Below are positions 29,976 through 40,380 of a stretch of 56,305 bases of DNA, in pieces (position 1 is the stretch's first letter; every line of letters begins with the position of its first letter). The stretch comes from Mucilaginibacter sp. GTDB taxonomy: Bacteria > Bacteroidota > Bacteroidia > Sphingobacteriales > Sphingobacteriaceae. The translations under genes and the position numbers were made by a program. The stretch covers positions 1 through 56,305 of the forward strand of contig JAQBNY010000075.1 in the NCBI GenBank assembly GCA_028288315.1. Direction: 5' to 3'. The notes under the pieces are model-generated. The model was not told the DNA's origin. It made no database searches and saw nothing but the letters and a program-made list of their open reading frames with translations.

Positions 29976-30564
29976 AAAAAGAGTATTTGATTTTTGTTTT
30001 GCATTAATCGGCTTAATCTGTTTAACGCCTTTGTTTATTGTAATTGCTTGCATTATTCGTTTGGATTCAAGGGGAAATATCTTCTATGTTCAACGCCGTA
30101 TTGGCCGTAATGGAATTGAATTTTTACTATATAAATTCAGAACAATGTATGTTCACTCAGAACAACTTGGGCTTTTAACAATAGGCTATCGCGATTATAG
30201 AATTACTCATATTGGCTACTGGTTGCGTAGGTATAAATTAGATGAGTTACCTCAATTATTTAACATACTTATTGGAAATATGAGCTTTGTTGGCCCAAGG
30301 CCAGAGGTGCGTAAATATGTTGAAACCTATACCAAACAACAACAAAGGGTGCTGCTTATAAAACCAGGTATAACAGACTGGGCATCAATATTATATTATA
30401 ATGAAAATGAAATATTGGCTAAATCTGAGAACCCCGAATATTTATACATTAACGAGATAATTCCAACAAAAATACTACAAAATCTAAATTACATCGATCG
30501 TCACAACCTATGGATAGATTTAAGGATCATATTCCAGACGTTGAAAAAGGTTATAAATAAATAA
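29968..30564 (+). CDS. Initiating phosphoglycosyl transferase (bacterial sugar transferase, PglC-like)
   Basis: KRVFD, YKFRTM, LDELPQL, MSFVGPRPE, KPGITD. Confidence 0.93.
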   Translation: MVEKRVFDFCFALIGLICLTPLFIVIACIIRLDSRGNIFYVQRRIGRNGIEFLLYKFRTMYVHSEQLGLLTIGYRDYRITHIGYWLRRYKLDELPQLFNILIGNMSFVGPRPEVRKYVETYTKQQQRVLLIKPGITDWASILYYNENEILAKSENPEYLYINEIIPTKILQNLNYIDRHNLWIDLRIIFQTLKKVINK

Positions 30565-30573
30565 CATTGATTT

Positions 30574-31761
30574 ATGCTGTTTAAAAATCTATTGGTCATT
30601 TCTTTAATGGCTATGTATTTATACACACTTGCATTTGGGCTGTTTATGACAAGCTTTTTTCGGATACCTGCACCTGTTATCTTTTGTTTGCCTTTAATGT
30701 TTTTTTATAACGTACCAGTACAACGGTTTGCATATCGAACAGAAACAGTATTATTTACAATTGCCTTGATATTATATTATTTTATAGGGCAAAACGATTT
30801 TAAATATCTTTTTTTATGTATTACTACAATTGGTATGTGCACTCTTTACTTTAATTATTTTGTAGGTTTTAGCAAGTTTCGATTTAAATTAACTGTAATA
30901 ATATTTTTTGCCCTTCTTTTTTTTTCAATGATTTTAATGGTATTGGATCATAGCTATCAAAGTATTATAGATCCGATAAGAAGTATTTTATTAGATGAAC
31001 CTATAAAACAAAGCCCATCCGGCCTTGCAATTACACAATTTGCATTTGGTTACCAGGTTGCGGCCTTTACAGCTTTCATTTTAGTATTAACTATTACACT
31101 TCGGTATAACTTATTAATTATATTCATTGTTTTTCTTGCTTGTGTCGCTTTTATCTATTTAGGAATGAACCGGTCCGCATTGGTAAGCTTTGCAGTCTCA
31201 ATAACCGTATTCATATTCATTTATTACTGGTATAAAGGTGTTTTAGTTATAGGCATCGCATTTGCAGCTGGATTTCTTATATACACTTATGCATTAAAAA
31301 ACAATGCCGATCAAAAAAATAACATTTTGGCAAAAAACCAGGCAAAGGAAGCAAACGACTTTAACAGGCTTACCCTTGCTTCTGAAAATTTAGCCATTTA
31401 TTCTAACTATCCTTTCGGGCTGGTATTTTATGGTAAAGACTGGCAAGACGTTACTTACAGAAATCCAGTTTTTCCGGATAGCTTAAGTTCTCATAATGCG
31501 TATTTAATGTTTTTAACTTATTTGGGCCCTTTTTTGGGATTAGGACTATTAGGAGCTATTTATTACAGGATAAATAAACTTTACTGGATTACCTTTAAGC
31601 ATATAAAACTTAAATCTAACGCCATTGTAATTGCATTGCTATTTTCATTATTGGCTGTATCATTTAATGCGCTTTCACATACCGGATGGTTATTAAATGC
31701 AGATGGGCCAACCCTCTTTCTATATTATAGTATTCTGCAAGGCTCAAAAATATATCTATAA
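30574..31761 (+). CDS. wzy: Probable polysaccharide polymerase (Wzy / O-antigen ligase-like)
   Basis: About 10 TM helices, NRSAL, SHNAYL; only polymerase candidate in the Wzx locus. Confidence 0.7.
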   Translation: MLFKNLLVISLMAMYLYTLAFGLFMTSFFRIPAPVIFCLPLMFFYNVPVQRFAYRTETVLFTIALILYYFIGQNDFKYLFLCITTIGMCTLYFNYFVGFSKFRFKLTVIIFFALLFFSMILMVLDHSYQSIIDPIRSILLDEPIKQSPSGLAITQFAFGYQVAAFTAFILVLTITLRYNLLIIFIVFLACVAFIYLGMNRSALVSFAVSITVFIFIYYWYKGVLVIGIAFAAGFLIYTYALKNNADQKNNILAKNQAKEANDFNRLTLASENLAIYSNYPFGLVFYGKDWQDVTYRNPVFPDSLSSHNAYLMFLTYLGPFLGLGLLGAIYYRINKLYWITFKHIKLKSNAIVIALLFSLLAVSFNALSHTGWLLNADGPTLFLYYSILQGSKIYL

Positions 31762-31812
31762 CATTAGTTTAAAGTCACCTGTAGGTGATGATTGCTAAAT
31801 ACATCTATAAAA

Positions 31813-32871
31813 ATGGGAAAAAAAATATTTCTGATTTTAGGATCATTGGGTGCGGGCGGCTCAGAACGTGTTTATTGGTTGTTAGCCCAATACTTTAATA
31901 ATGCCGGTTATAACGTGTCTGTTGTTTTTTTGAATTCAAATGAACGATGCTTCTCAACTGATATAGATGGCATTAAATTTATTGATCTTAAAACTATAAA
32001 GGCTTCCAGATCTTTTTTTAAACTATATAAGCTATTAAAAGCTGAAAAGCCTTACGCGGTTTTTTCTACAATAGACAACATTAATATATTACTGGGAATA
32101 GTAACCTGGGTTTTAAAAATACCAAATGCAATTGCTAGGGTATCAAACAACCCCGGAGAAATGAAAGGCTTTTATGATTTTAAAAGCAATTTTTATAACT
32201 CATTTACTAAAATATTTTTTTCAAAATTCAACTATATAGTTTGCCAAACTACAGAAATGCAAAACTCTATTATAACGCAGTACGGTATTAATAAAGCTAG
32301 ATTAAGAGTAGTATCAAATCCTGTTCTTACCTCGCCGCTTATAAAAACAAATAATGGATCGGGGTGCAAAAAGTTGATTGTAGTATGCAGGCTAGCAAAG
32401 GAAAAGGGCGTAGTTAGATTGCTAAGAATAATTAGCAAACTGCCTGAACATTATTTATTAACTGTTATTGGAGACGGGCCATTAATGAATAGCCTTAAGG
32501 CAGAGGCAGCCAATTTGAAGTTAGGTAAAAGGGTCACCTTTATTGGCGAAATTCAGAATGTACCAGCACAAATTATAAAGTACGATCTTTTTGTGTTAAC
32601 CTCCTTTACAGAAGGTTTTCCGAATGTGATGCTTGAATCCTTAAGTGTAGGGGTACCTATAGTTTGTTACAGGGTTGGAGGTGCCGAGGATTTGATTCGG
32701 GAAGGACTTAACGGATATATTGTAGAGCAAAATGACGCCGAGTCGTTTAAAAATAAAATATTATTAGCTTGTTCGCATTCGTGGTCACATGAAAAAATTA
32801 AGGAAGATGTATATCATCGGTTTTCTTTAGAGAACATTGGGCATCAATACGAAAATCTGTTAACTAATTAA
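31813..32871 (+). CDS. Glycosyltransferase family 4
   Basis: AGGSERV, RLAKEKG, EGFPNVMLES; ATG 31813 preferred to TTG 31792. Confidence 0.9.
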   Translation: MGKKIFLILGSLGAGGSERVYWLLAQYFNNAGYNVSVVFLNSNERCFSTDIDGIKFIDLKTIKASRSFFKLYKLLKAEKPYAVFSTIDNINILLGIVTWVLKIPNAIARVSNNPGEMKGFYDFKSNFYNSFTKIFFSKFNYIVCQTTEMQNSIITQYGINKARLRVVSNPVLTSPLIKTNNGSGCKKLIVVCRLAKEKGVVRLLRIISKLPEHYLLTVIGDGPLMNSLKAEAANLKLGKRVTFIGEIQNVPAQIIKYDLFVLTSFTEGFPNVMLESLSVGVPIVCYRVGGAEDLIREGLNGYIVEQNDAESFKNKILLACSHSWSHEKIKEDVYHRFSLENIGHQYENLLTN

Positions 32872-32881
32872 TACTGTTGGT

Positions 32882-34723
32882 ATGTGTGGTATTTATGGAT
32901 CAACTACATTTTATGATGATGATATAGTTAAAGCCAAACTTGGCAGGGTTGGTTTCCGCGGCCCGGATCAATCTAATTTTGAACGGATTGAATCTGTTGT
33001 GTTAGGTCATAACCGGTTAGCTATTGTAGATCTTGACAAACGATCCGATCAGCCATTTAGTTATAAGCATTTAAAAGTTGTGTTTAATGGCGAAATATAT
33101 AATTATCTCTCCCTCAGATCTAGGTTAAAACTACTTGGGCATACATTTTTTACAGAATCTGATACTGAAGTACTTGCTGCCGCATATCTTCAATACGATG
33201 AGCTTTGTGTTAATCATTTTAATGGAATGTTCGCCTTTGTTATTTATGATAAAAAAAGGCAAATATTTTTTGGGGGTAGGGACAGGTTAGGAAAAAAACC
33301 ATTGTATTACGCTCATAACGGCTTAAACTTTGAGTTTGCCAGTCAACCATCACAAATTAGCATTGGTAAGAATGTTAATTTAGATGAACAAGCAATAAAT
33401 GAATTCTTTGTATGGGGATATATACCAGAACCACGTTCGGCCTGGAAAGAAATTAAAAAGCTTAAAGCAGGGTATTCTTTTAATTATCATCTTAAAACAG
33501 GAGTGTTTTGTAGTAGAAAATACTGGGATATTGATACATTAAACAGTAATGTTTATGATGGAGGATACCTAAATGCCAAAGATGAACTTGAACGCTTATT
33601 AATCAATTCGGTTAAAATTCGAATGCGTGCTGATGTCAGATTAGGAGTATTTCTTTCGGGCGGAATAGATTCGTCGTTAATCGCGGCCATTGCGTCAAAA
33701 AATATCAAACATGTAAAAACATTTTGTATCAAATTCAATGAGAAAGGTTTCGACGAAAGTTTATATGCAAGTAACATAGCCAGTTATTTAAAAACCGATC
33801 ATCATACTATTGAGTGCAATCCTAATGATGGTATTAGCTTGATTGAAAATTTTGGAGAATATTATGACGAGCCATTTGCTGATTTTAGTGCCATACCATC
33901 ATTGTTGTTAAGTAAGTATACAAAGCAACATGTTACAGTAGCTTTAAGTGGAGATGGTGGAGATGAATGTTTTTATGGGTACGCACGATATAAAAGGATA
34001 AATATGGTAAACCATATTTATAAATATCCTCACTCAATAAGAAAAATAGTGAGCTCGGTCATGCAACTATCTCCAAACTATCAACATAAACTGCTTGGTT
34101 TGGGGGTTGCCAAAACAAATATAAAAACACTTTATGCATTGATGTTTGGCGGATTAGAATACTCATGGTTAACTGAACCTGAAAAAGCCTTAGATGTCCC
34201 CTTTATGAATGTATGGAACTCTAAATCAGGAAGTCTTTTACAAAAAATGTCAGCTTTTGATATTAAAACATATTTAAATGGAGATATCAATACAAAAGTA
34301 GACCGTGCTTTCATGGCATTTGCTGTAGAGGCCAGGGCTCCACTAATGGACTATCGAATTGTTGAATTTGCACAACATCTGCCAGATGAATTTAAATCTT
34401 ATAAGGGTGTTCAAAAACGGATATTAAAAGATATATTATATAAATACGTCCCCAGCCAATTTTTTGCAAGGCCTAAAGCTGGGTTCACGCTTCCACTAAG
34501 TAATTGGTTGAAACATGAATTAAAACAGTATGTACTTGACGAAATGTCAATAACTGCGCTTAAGGATATTCCTGGTATTAATGTAGAAAGAACGGTAGCT
34601 ATTATTCAGCAGCATATGGATGGTAAATGGAACAGGGCTTCGCAAATATGGAAGTTGTTAGTTTTTACGCAGTGGTTAAAAAATCAAAAGTCAAACAAGT
34701 TACACTCTTTACAGATAGTTTAA
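32882..34723 (+). CDS. asnB: Asparagine synthase-like glutamine amidotransferase (probable sugar amidation)
   Basis: N-terminal MCGI, RGPD, FNGEIYN, LSGGIDSS, LSGDGGDE. Confidence 0.9.
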   Translation: MCGIYGSTTFYDDDIVKAKLGRVGFRGPDQSNFERIESVVLGHNRLAIVDLDKRSDQPFSYKHLKVVFNGEIYNYLSLRSRLKLLGHTFFTESDTEVLAAAYLQYDELCVNHFNGMFAFVIYDKKRQIFFGGRDRLGKKPLYYAHNGLNFEFASQPSQISIGKNVNLDEQAINEFFVWGYIPEPRSAWKEIKKLKAGYSFNYHLKTGVFCSRKYWDIDTLNSNVYDGGYLNAKDELERLLINSVKIRMRADVRLGVFLSGGIDSSLIAAIASKNIKHVKTFCIKFNEKGFDESLYASNIASYLKTDHHTIECNPNDGISLIENFGEYYDEPFADFSAIPSLLLSKYTKQHVTVALSGDGGDECFYGYARYKRINMVNHIYKYPHSIRKIVSSVMQLSPNYQHKLLGLGVAKTNIKTLYALMFGGLEYSWLTEPEKALDVPFMNVWNSKSGSLLQKMSAFDIKTYLNGDINTKVDRAFMAFAVEARAPLMDYRIVEFAQHLPDEFKSYKGVQKRILKDILYKYVPSQFFARPKAGFTLPLSNWLKHELKQYVLDEMSITALKDIPGINVERTVAIIQQHMDGKWNRASQIWKLLVFTQWLKNQKSNKLHSLQIV

Positions 34724-34733
34724 TAATAGTTAT

Positions 34734-35462
34734 ATGATTCAGATTAAAGCAAATGCATTAGGAGTAATGCCCTTAAGTATTATATGGTTTGCAAATAAAC
34801 CAATGAAATTAAATTGCCTGAATAGCTTTTACAAACAGAGTACATGCTGTGAAGATATATCAGGATATCAAAGAAAGTCTTTTTATACAAAAATAATTGA
34901 TTTAACGGCATCAGAGGAGAGTATTGCAGGCAAATTTGATCAAAGCACTATTTATAAAATTCGTCGCTCGGCAAGGGAAGGTGTTACCACGGATATAGAA
35001 TCAGATATCAACCAATTTGTTATATTTTATAACCTTTTTGCCAATACTAAGCAGCTATCAAGCCTGGGTCAGAATTTCTATAAATACCAATCTGTAATAT
35101 TTATTACTAAAGCAGTTTATAATCAACAAGATATAGTTATGCATGCTTATCTTACTGATAAGGACCTAAAAAGGGTTCGGCTGTTTCACTCGGCATCTCT
35201 TTTTAGAGAAATGAACAATGCAGAAAGCAAAGCGATAGTGGGGAGAGCTAACAGACTATTGCATTTTAAAGATATGTGTCTATTTAAAAAAGAAGGGTAT
35301 GAAATTTATGACTTAGGAGGCTATGCGGAAGGTACAAGCGATGAAGCGTTGTTAGGAATAAATAGATTTAAAGATAGCTTTGGCGGTAAACTTATTCAAG
35401 AAAGTGATTATTTACCCCTGCCTGCTAAAATTTTATCAGCATTAGGGAAATTATTTAAATAG
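34734..35462 (+). CDS. FemABX-like GNAT-fold protein
   Basis: IIDL...IRRSAREGV, YDLGG, GINRFKDSFGG. Confidence 0.7.
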   Translation: MIQIKANALGVMPLSIIWFANKPMKLNCLNSFYKQSTCCEDISGYQRKSFYTKIIDLTASEESIAGKFDQSTIYKIRRSAREGVTTDIESDINQFVIFYNLFANTKQLSSLGQNFYKYQSVIFITKAVYNQQDIVMHAYLTDKDLKRVRLFHSASLFREMNNAESKAIVGRANRLLHFKDMCLFKKEGYEIYDLGGYAEGTSDEALLGINRFKDSFGGKLIQESDYLPLPAKILSALGKLFK

Positions 35463-35468
35463 TAGGGA

Positions 35469-36365
35469 ATGATTGACTGGTTAAAAATCTTTGAAAAATT
35501 TTTTTTTTATGATAAATGGAATATTGGACATAGTGTTCAATCTCCAGAAAATTTAATAGAGACACAACAATTAACGGACGAAATTACCTGGCTTTGCGAA
35601 GATCGAACGGATTACAAAGCAGATCCTTTTATCATAAATATTTATGACCGTTTGCATTTATTTTATGAAGAATTAAAATATTGGAAAGGAAAAGGTCAAA
35701 TTATTGTAGCAGATGGCCTGCAGTGTAAAAACAAAAAAAAAGTTAAAGGAATAAGCGAACAAAATATCCATCTTTCTTATCCCAATGTATTTGAATCTAA
35801 CGGTAAAGTTTACTGTATTCCGGAAACCTCGCAAATGCAACAAATAGCTTTATATGAAGTAGATAAAAACAAGCCTTATATTTTCAAAAAAATTAAAATT
35901 TTAAAGGAAGGCGCCGCCTTTGTTGATAGTTCAATTATATATTATCAGGGCAAGTACTGGTTGTTTACAAGCTTATCCGGTAAGTACGGAGAGCTTCACA
36001 TTTTTTATGCCGATACCTTGTTAGATGAATTTAAGGCTCATAAATTAAATCCAATAGTAGTTGGATATAATGAGAGCAGATCTGCCGGTACTTTATTTAT
36101 AGTGAACCATCAATTATACATGCCTACACAAAACCCTGGTAAATGTTATGGTGGTTCAATAATGATAAACAAAATAACTCTTCTTAGTGAGAGTGCCTTT
36201 CAGTGTCAAAACTGTTTTGAAATAAAACCAAAAGCTCCCTATAATGAAGGGGTGCATACAATAAATTTTGTTGGCAATTTAATTGTTGTTGATGGTAAAC
36301 GCAGAGTTTTCAGCTTGTTAACACCTATAAAAAAAGTGGTTAAAAAAGTAAAAAATATCTTTTAA
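35469..36365 (+). CDS. Beta-propeller glycosidase-like protein (GINT1 N-terminal-like family)
   Basis: WNIG, ADPF, LFYEE, HLSYP, IPET, VDSS, NPIV, RSAG motifs. Confidence 0.65.
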   Translation: MIDWLKIFEKFFFYDKWNIGHSVQSPENLIETQQLTDEITWLCEDRTDYKADPFIINIYDRLHLFYEELKYWKGKGQIIVADGLQCKNKKKVKGISEQNIHLSYPNVFESNGKVYCIPETSQMQQIALYEVDKNKPYIFKKIKILKEGAAFVDSSIIYYQGKYWLFTSLSGKYGELHIFYADTLLDEFKAHKLNPIVVGYNESRSAGTLFIVNHQLYMPTQNPGKCYGGSIMINKITLLSESAFQCQNCFEIKPKAPYNEGVHTINFVGNLIVVDGKRRVFSLLTPIKKVVKKVKNIF

Positions 36366-36375
36366 AGTTCTGAGT

Positions 36376-37455
36376 ATGTCTGCTATAAATACAAAGATGG
36401 TATTCGTTTCTATGTCAGACCAAGCGAATGGGGCAGAGAACGTGTTATTAATGGCAGCCAGGCATAATCTATCGCCCATTATATTTTTAAAAAAATCAAA
36501 GGATAATGCTTTAAACGTTCCATCTCTTCACAAAAAGCACTATATATCAAATGTGAGTTTGTTAATGGGGTTTATAGGTCTTGTAAGTGCAATTTGGCCA
36601 TATCGTGCAGGATTTACCATATTTAGTACGCATTCCTATTTAAATGCTTATTTAGGTTTTTTAAAAAGAATAGGATATATAAAATCTAAACTTGTATTGC
36701 GTGAATGCACTTCAGTTTTTACACGTTATAAGGGTTTAAAAAGATGGAGTTATAAAGTAGCTTATAATTTGGGATATACAGCTGCAGACGTTATTATCTG
36801 TCAAACTGAATTAATGCGTAATATCTTTTTAAGCCAAATGAGTTATATATCTCCAGAAATAGTTATTGTAATTGGCAATCCGATAGATCAACAACAGGTT
36901 GTAGTTAAGTCACTTTTAACACCTAAAGATATACACTTGGAGTCTGATTTTATTTGTGCAGCCGGCCGTTTAATTCCAGAAAAAGGCTTTTCAATTTTAA
37001 TACAGGCCTTTAAAAAGGTATATGCTGTTTATCCAAATATGAAATTGCTAATTTTTGGTGATGGCCCAGATAAGGATATATTACTAAAGTTAATTAAAAA
37101 TAATAATCTTGAAGGTAAGGTAATTCTTAAGGGATGGCAGAGTAATATAATGCCTTATTTTAAAAAAGCTAAAGCTTGTGTAATTTCTTCAATAAAAGAA
37201 GGTTTTCCTAATGCTTTATTAGAAATGTTAACTCTCAACCCTGTTGTAATTTCTACTTTGTGTGCTGGCGGGATAGATACAATACCGGGCATATATAAAT
37301 TACCGGTAAATGATGTTAGTGACATGACATTTTCCATACTTAAGGCATTGCAGACTGGTGATCAATCTCAAAGGCAATCAGCACTTAAATACCTTGCTAA
37401 CAGAAGTCCAGAAGAGTATACAAATACGATTATTCAGGCACTTAATCCAAATTAA
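36376..37455 (+). CDS. Glycosyltransferase family 4
   Basis: NGAENV, GRLIPEKG, EGFPNALLEM. Confidence 0.88.
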   Translation: MSAINTKMVFVSMSDQANGAENVLLMAARHNLSPIIFLKKSKDNALNVPSLHKKHYISNVSLLMGFIGLVSAIWPYRAGFTIFSTHSYLNAYLGFLKRIGYIKSKLVLRECTSVFTRYKGLKRWSYKVAYNLGYTAADVIICQTELMRNIFLSQMSYISPEIVIVIGNPIDQQQVVVKSLLTPKDIHLESDFICAAGRLIPEKGFSILIQAFKKVYAVYPNMKLLIFGDGPDKDILLKLIKNNNLEGKVILKGWQSNIMPYFKKAKACVISSIKEGFPNALLEMLTLNPVVISTLCAGGIDTIPGIYKLPVNDVSDMTFSILKALQTGDQSQRQSALKYLANRSPEEYTNTIIQALNPN

Positions 37456-37648
37456 TAACTCTTTAAATAAACAGATAAAATTATATTCATTTTACTGGTT
37501 TCCGCAAAAGCAATTATTGTTTTGTAATACTATTTGCGCTGTTATTTACCTTATAGCAGCAAATTTAAGGTTCATACTTATTTTCTTTCATTCTATTTCC
37601 ACCAAGGGCTATTCATAGTCGTTTATTAACCTTTTTAAAGCATAATTT

Positions 37649-38746
37649 ATGAAAATTTTAATTACCGGTACTGCTGGTTTCATTGGTTATCATGTGGCAA
37701 AACGCTTACTCGAAAGAGGCGACACTGTTGTTGGTATTGATAATTTAAACGATTATTATGATGTAGAACTTAAATATGCAAGATTATTGCAAACCGGCAT
37801 TGATTTAACAGATGTAGAATATGGCATTGCTGTACAAAGCAAAAGGTTTCATAATTACACATTCATTAAATTAGATATTTTAGATAAAGACAACTTGAAT
37901 TTATGTTTTAAAACACATCAATTTGATGCTGTGTGTAATTTGGCTGCACAGGCTGGTGTTCGTTATAGCTTAACAAATCCCGAAGTTTATATTGATTCTA
38001 ACATAAAAGGTTTTTTAAATATATTGGAAGGCTGCCGGCATTTTAACATAAATCATTTAGTATATGCAAGCTCTTCAAGCGTTTATGGGCTAAATAAAAA
38101 AATGCCATTTAATGAACATGATATTGCAGATCACCCGGTATCATTATATGCCGCATCAAAAAAAGCAAACGAGATGATGGCTCATACTTATAGTCATCTT
38201 TTTAACTTGCGTACAACAGGTTTGCGTTTTTTTACAGTTTACGGGCCCTGGGGCAGGCCAGATATGGCACTGTTTATTTTTACAAAAGCAATCATTGAAG
38301 GGAAACCCATCCAAATATTTAATAATGGTAATATGAAACGAGACTTTACTTATATAGATGATATTGTAACCGGCATTATATATGTTATTGATAAACCTGC
38401 AGAGGCAAATGATGAATGGGACGCCCAGCAACCAGATCCTGCCACTTCAAAAGCACCATTTCGGATATTTAACATTGGCCGGGGTGCACCTGTTGATTTA
38501 CTGAAATTTATAAGTGAAATTGAAAGAGAACTGCACTTAAAAGCTATTAAATGTTACATGCCAATGCAAGAAGGGGATGTTGCGGAAACTTGTGCAGATG
38601 TAACCAATTTAGATTATATTATGAACTACAAGCCACGAGTATCTGTTCCATTAGGTATTTCTCAATTTATTACGTGGTACAAGTCCTATTATGGCGTAAA
38701 AAAACCAGTCTTAAGTTCTCAACAGGAAAGCTTGTTTGATGCTTAA
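37649..38746 (+). CDS. UDP-glucuronate 4-epimerase-type NAD-dependent epimerase
   Basis: [49 protein letters not shown]. Confidence 0.92.
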   Translation: MKILITGTAGFIGYHVAKRLLERGDTVVGIDNLNDYYDVELKYARLLQTGIDLTDVEYGIAVQSKRFHNYTFIKLDILDKDNLNLCFKTHQFDAVCNLAAQAGVRYSLTNPEVYIDSNIKGFLNILEGCRHFNINHLVYASSSSVYGLNKKMPFNEHDIADHPVSLYAASKKANEMMAHTYSHLFNLRTTGLRFFTVYGPWGRPDMALFIFTKAIIEGKPIQIFNNGNMKRDFTYIDDIVTGIIYVIDKPAEANDEWDAQQPDPATSKAPFRIFNIGRGAPVDLLKFISEIERELHLKAIKCYMPMQEGDVAETCADVTNLDYIMNYKPRVSVPLGISQFITWYKSYYGVKKPVLSSQQESLFDA

Positions 38747-38785
38747 TGTCATAAAATTGTCATAAACCGTGTAACGATTTACACG
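38746..38785. promoter_or_regulatory. Pho-box-like direct repeat and adjacent palindrome upstream of PL1 gene
   Basis: TGTCATAAA at 38747 and 38758 (11-bp period); CGTGTAA-CGAT-TTACACG at 38768-38785. Confidence 0.5.
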
Positions 38786-38938
38786 CAAAAACAATATTTT
38801 TTACACTTGTTTACATCTGTTTATCGTTAGGAGGACTATTTTTAAACTATTTTTAATGTTGGTCTATAATTCATTTCTACAATTTTAGGGTAATTTATCA
38901 AACGGAGGTCCGTTTCATGAGCCTAAAATTGAAAATGA

Positions 38939-40351
38939 ATGGAAAGAAAAAAAAACTACCCCAAAAAAGTGGCTGTAATCAGCATGTTTTTAATGGCAAT
39001 TGTCTTTTTTGGCAGTTGCAAAAAAGGCAATGAGGCATCGTCCAGTTTAGCAGATAGTACCTCATCAGTATCAAATTTCTCCTCATCACAAGCAATTCTT
39101 GCAGCATCTACAAGCAGTATTGCTATTAATTTGTCTGGATTAAAATCAGATGGGGGGTATGCTTATAAATTAGGGTACCCGCTTAGTGTATCCGGCGATG
39201 CAAACGGAAGCCCGGCAGTATCAAAATTACGACTTTTTGAGAATGGTGTAGAGCTAAAGCTACCCCATTCTGTGCATCAGGATATTCGTAATTTAGGTAA
39301 GGGCCGATTTAGCCATTGGGGTACAGCTTTGTATTTTTCGGCTTCTGATAATACAAACCCGGCAAAAAATGGTAGAAAGTATACTTACACCTTAGATGGC
39401 TCAACAGGAGCTGCCTCTTCTAGTGCTGCAAAAACCGCATTACCTGTTGGAGTAAATGCAGGTTTGTTAGGGTATGCCATGGTAAACGGTACTACTACAG
39501 GGGGCGCTGGAGGACAATCAGTAACGGTTACCACACTAAGTGCTTTAAAAGCCGCGGTTGGCGATAACGCTGCAAAAATCATTTACGTTAGCGGAGCAAT
39601 TAAAGGTTCAGGTAACGAATATATTTATGTTAAATCTAACAAAACAATTATTGGTAAACCTGGCGCATCTATTGAAGGAATTAATTTTTACATATTTACT
39701 GTAAGTAATATTATAGTACAAGATTTACGATTTAAAAATTATGTGACTGATGCTGCATTGCAAATAAAAATGGCAAGTCACCATATTTGGGTAGATCATT
39801 GCGAGTTTTCAACAGACCGTAATCATGGCTGGGACTACTGGGGCAAGGATATAGCAATTACCCGTGAGGCAGATTTTGTAACAGTATCCTGGTGTAAATT
39901 TCATGACACAAACCTATCTGTGTTAATAAGCGGGGGTATAGCAGGTCATGAATCAGATAAAGGAAAATTGCATGTAACCATGCACCACAATTACTGGTAC
40001 AATGTTGCAGAACGAGAGCCGACTATGAATTATGGAAGTGTACACATGTTTAATAACTACCATTTAAATAATTCTGGCTATTCATTAGGAGCAAGAGCAG
40101 GCGGAACTGTAAGAACAGATAATGAGTATTTTTCTGGTTGTAAAAAACCTATCAGTACAAGTCTTGCCGGCGATCCTCCGGGCTATTTTAGCGGTGTTAA
40201 TACTAATATCTATTTAAATTGTGGTAGTAATACTATTACTACCCCAATTTCAAGTTGGGTGCCAAGCTACTCTTATAATAATGCATTAGATGCAGCAGCC
40301 GATGTGCCAAATCTTGTTACACAAGGTACCGGACCAAGGGCTATTCATTAA
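38939..40351 (+). CDS. PL1 pectate-lyase-like lipoprotein with extra N-terminal domain
   Basis: Lipobox FGSC, Ser-rich linker; GTTTGGAGG, SNKTIIG, HIWVDHC, VTMHHN, REP. Confidence 0.85.
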   Translation: MERKKNYPKKVAVISMFLMAIVFFGSCKKGNEASSSLADSTSSVSNFSSSQAILAASTSSIAINLSGLKSDGGYAYKLGYPLSVSGDANGSPAVSKLRLFENGVELKLPHSVHQDIRNLGKGRFSHWGTALYFSASDNTNPAKNGRKYTYTLDGSTGAASSSAAKTALPVGVNAGLLGYAMVNGTTTGGAGGQSVTVTTLSALKAAVGDNAAKIIYVSGAIKGSGNEYIYVKSNKTIIGKPGASIEGINFYIFTVSNIIVQDLRFKNYVTDAALQIKMASHHIWVDHCEFSTDRNHGWDYWGKDIAITREADFVTVSWCKFHDTNLSVLISGGIAGHESDKGKLHVTMHHNYWYNVAEREPTMNYGSVHMFNNYHLNNSGYSLGARAGGTVRTDNEYFSGCKKPISTSLAGDPPGYFSGVNTNIYLNCGSNTITTPISSWVPSYSYNNALDAAADVPNLVTQGTGPRAIH

Positions 40352-40380
40352 AATACTAAACTATTAATTTATTAAACCCC

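Noticed and set aside
32882-34723. AsnB as lasso-peptide cyclase or housekeeping asparagine synthesis
   Set aside because: Intact N-terminal Cys glutaminase domain, no precursor or B protein, embedded among glycosyltransferases
37358-37618. 86-aa ORF overlapping the GT4 end
   Set aside because: GTG start, about 100-nt out-of-frame overlap, no motifs; probably intergenic
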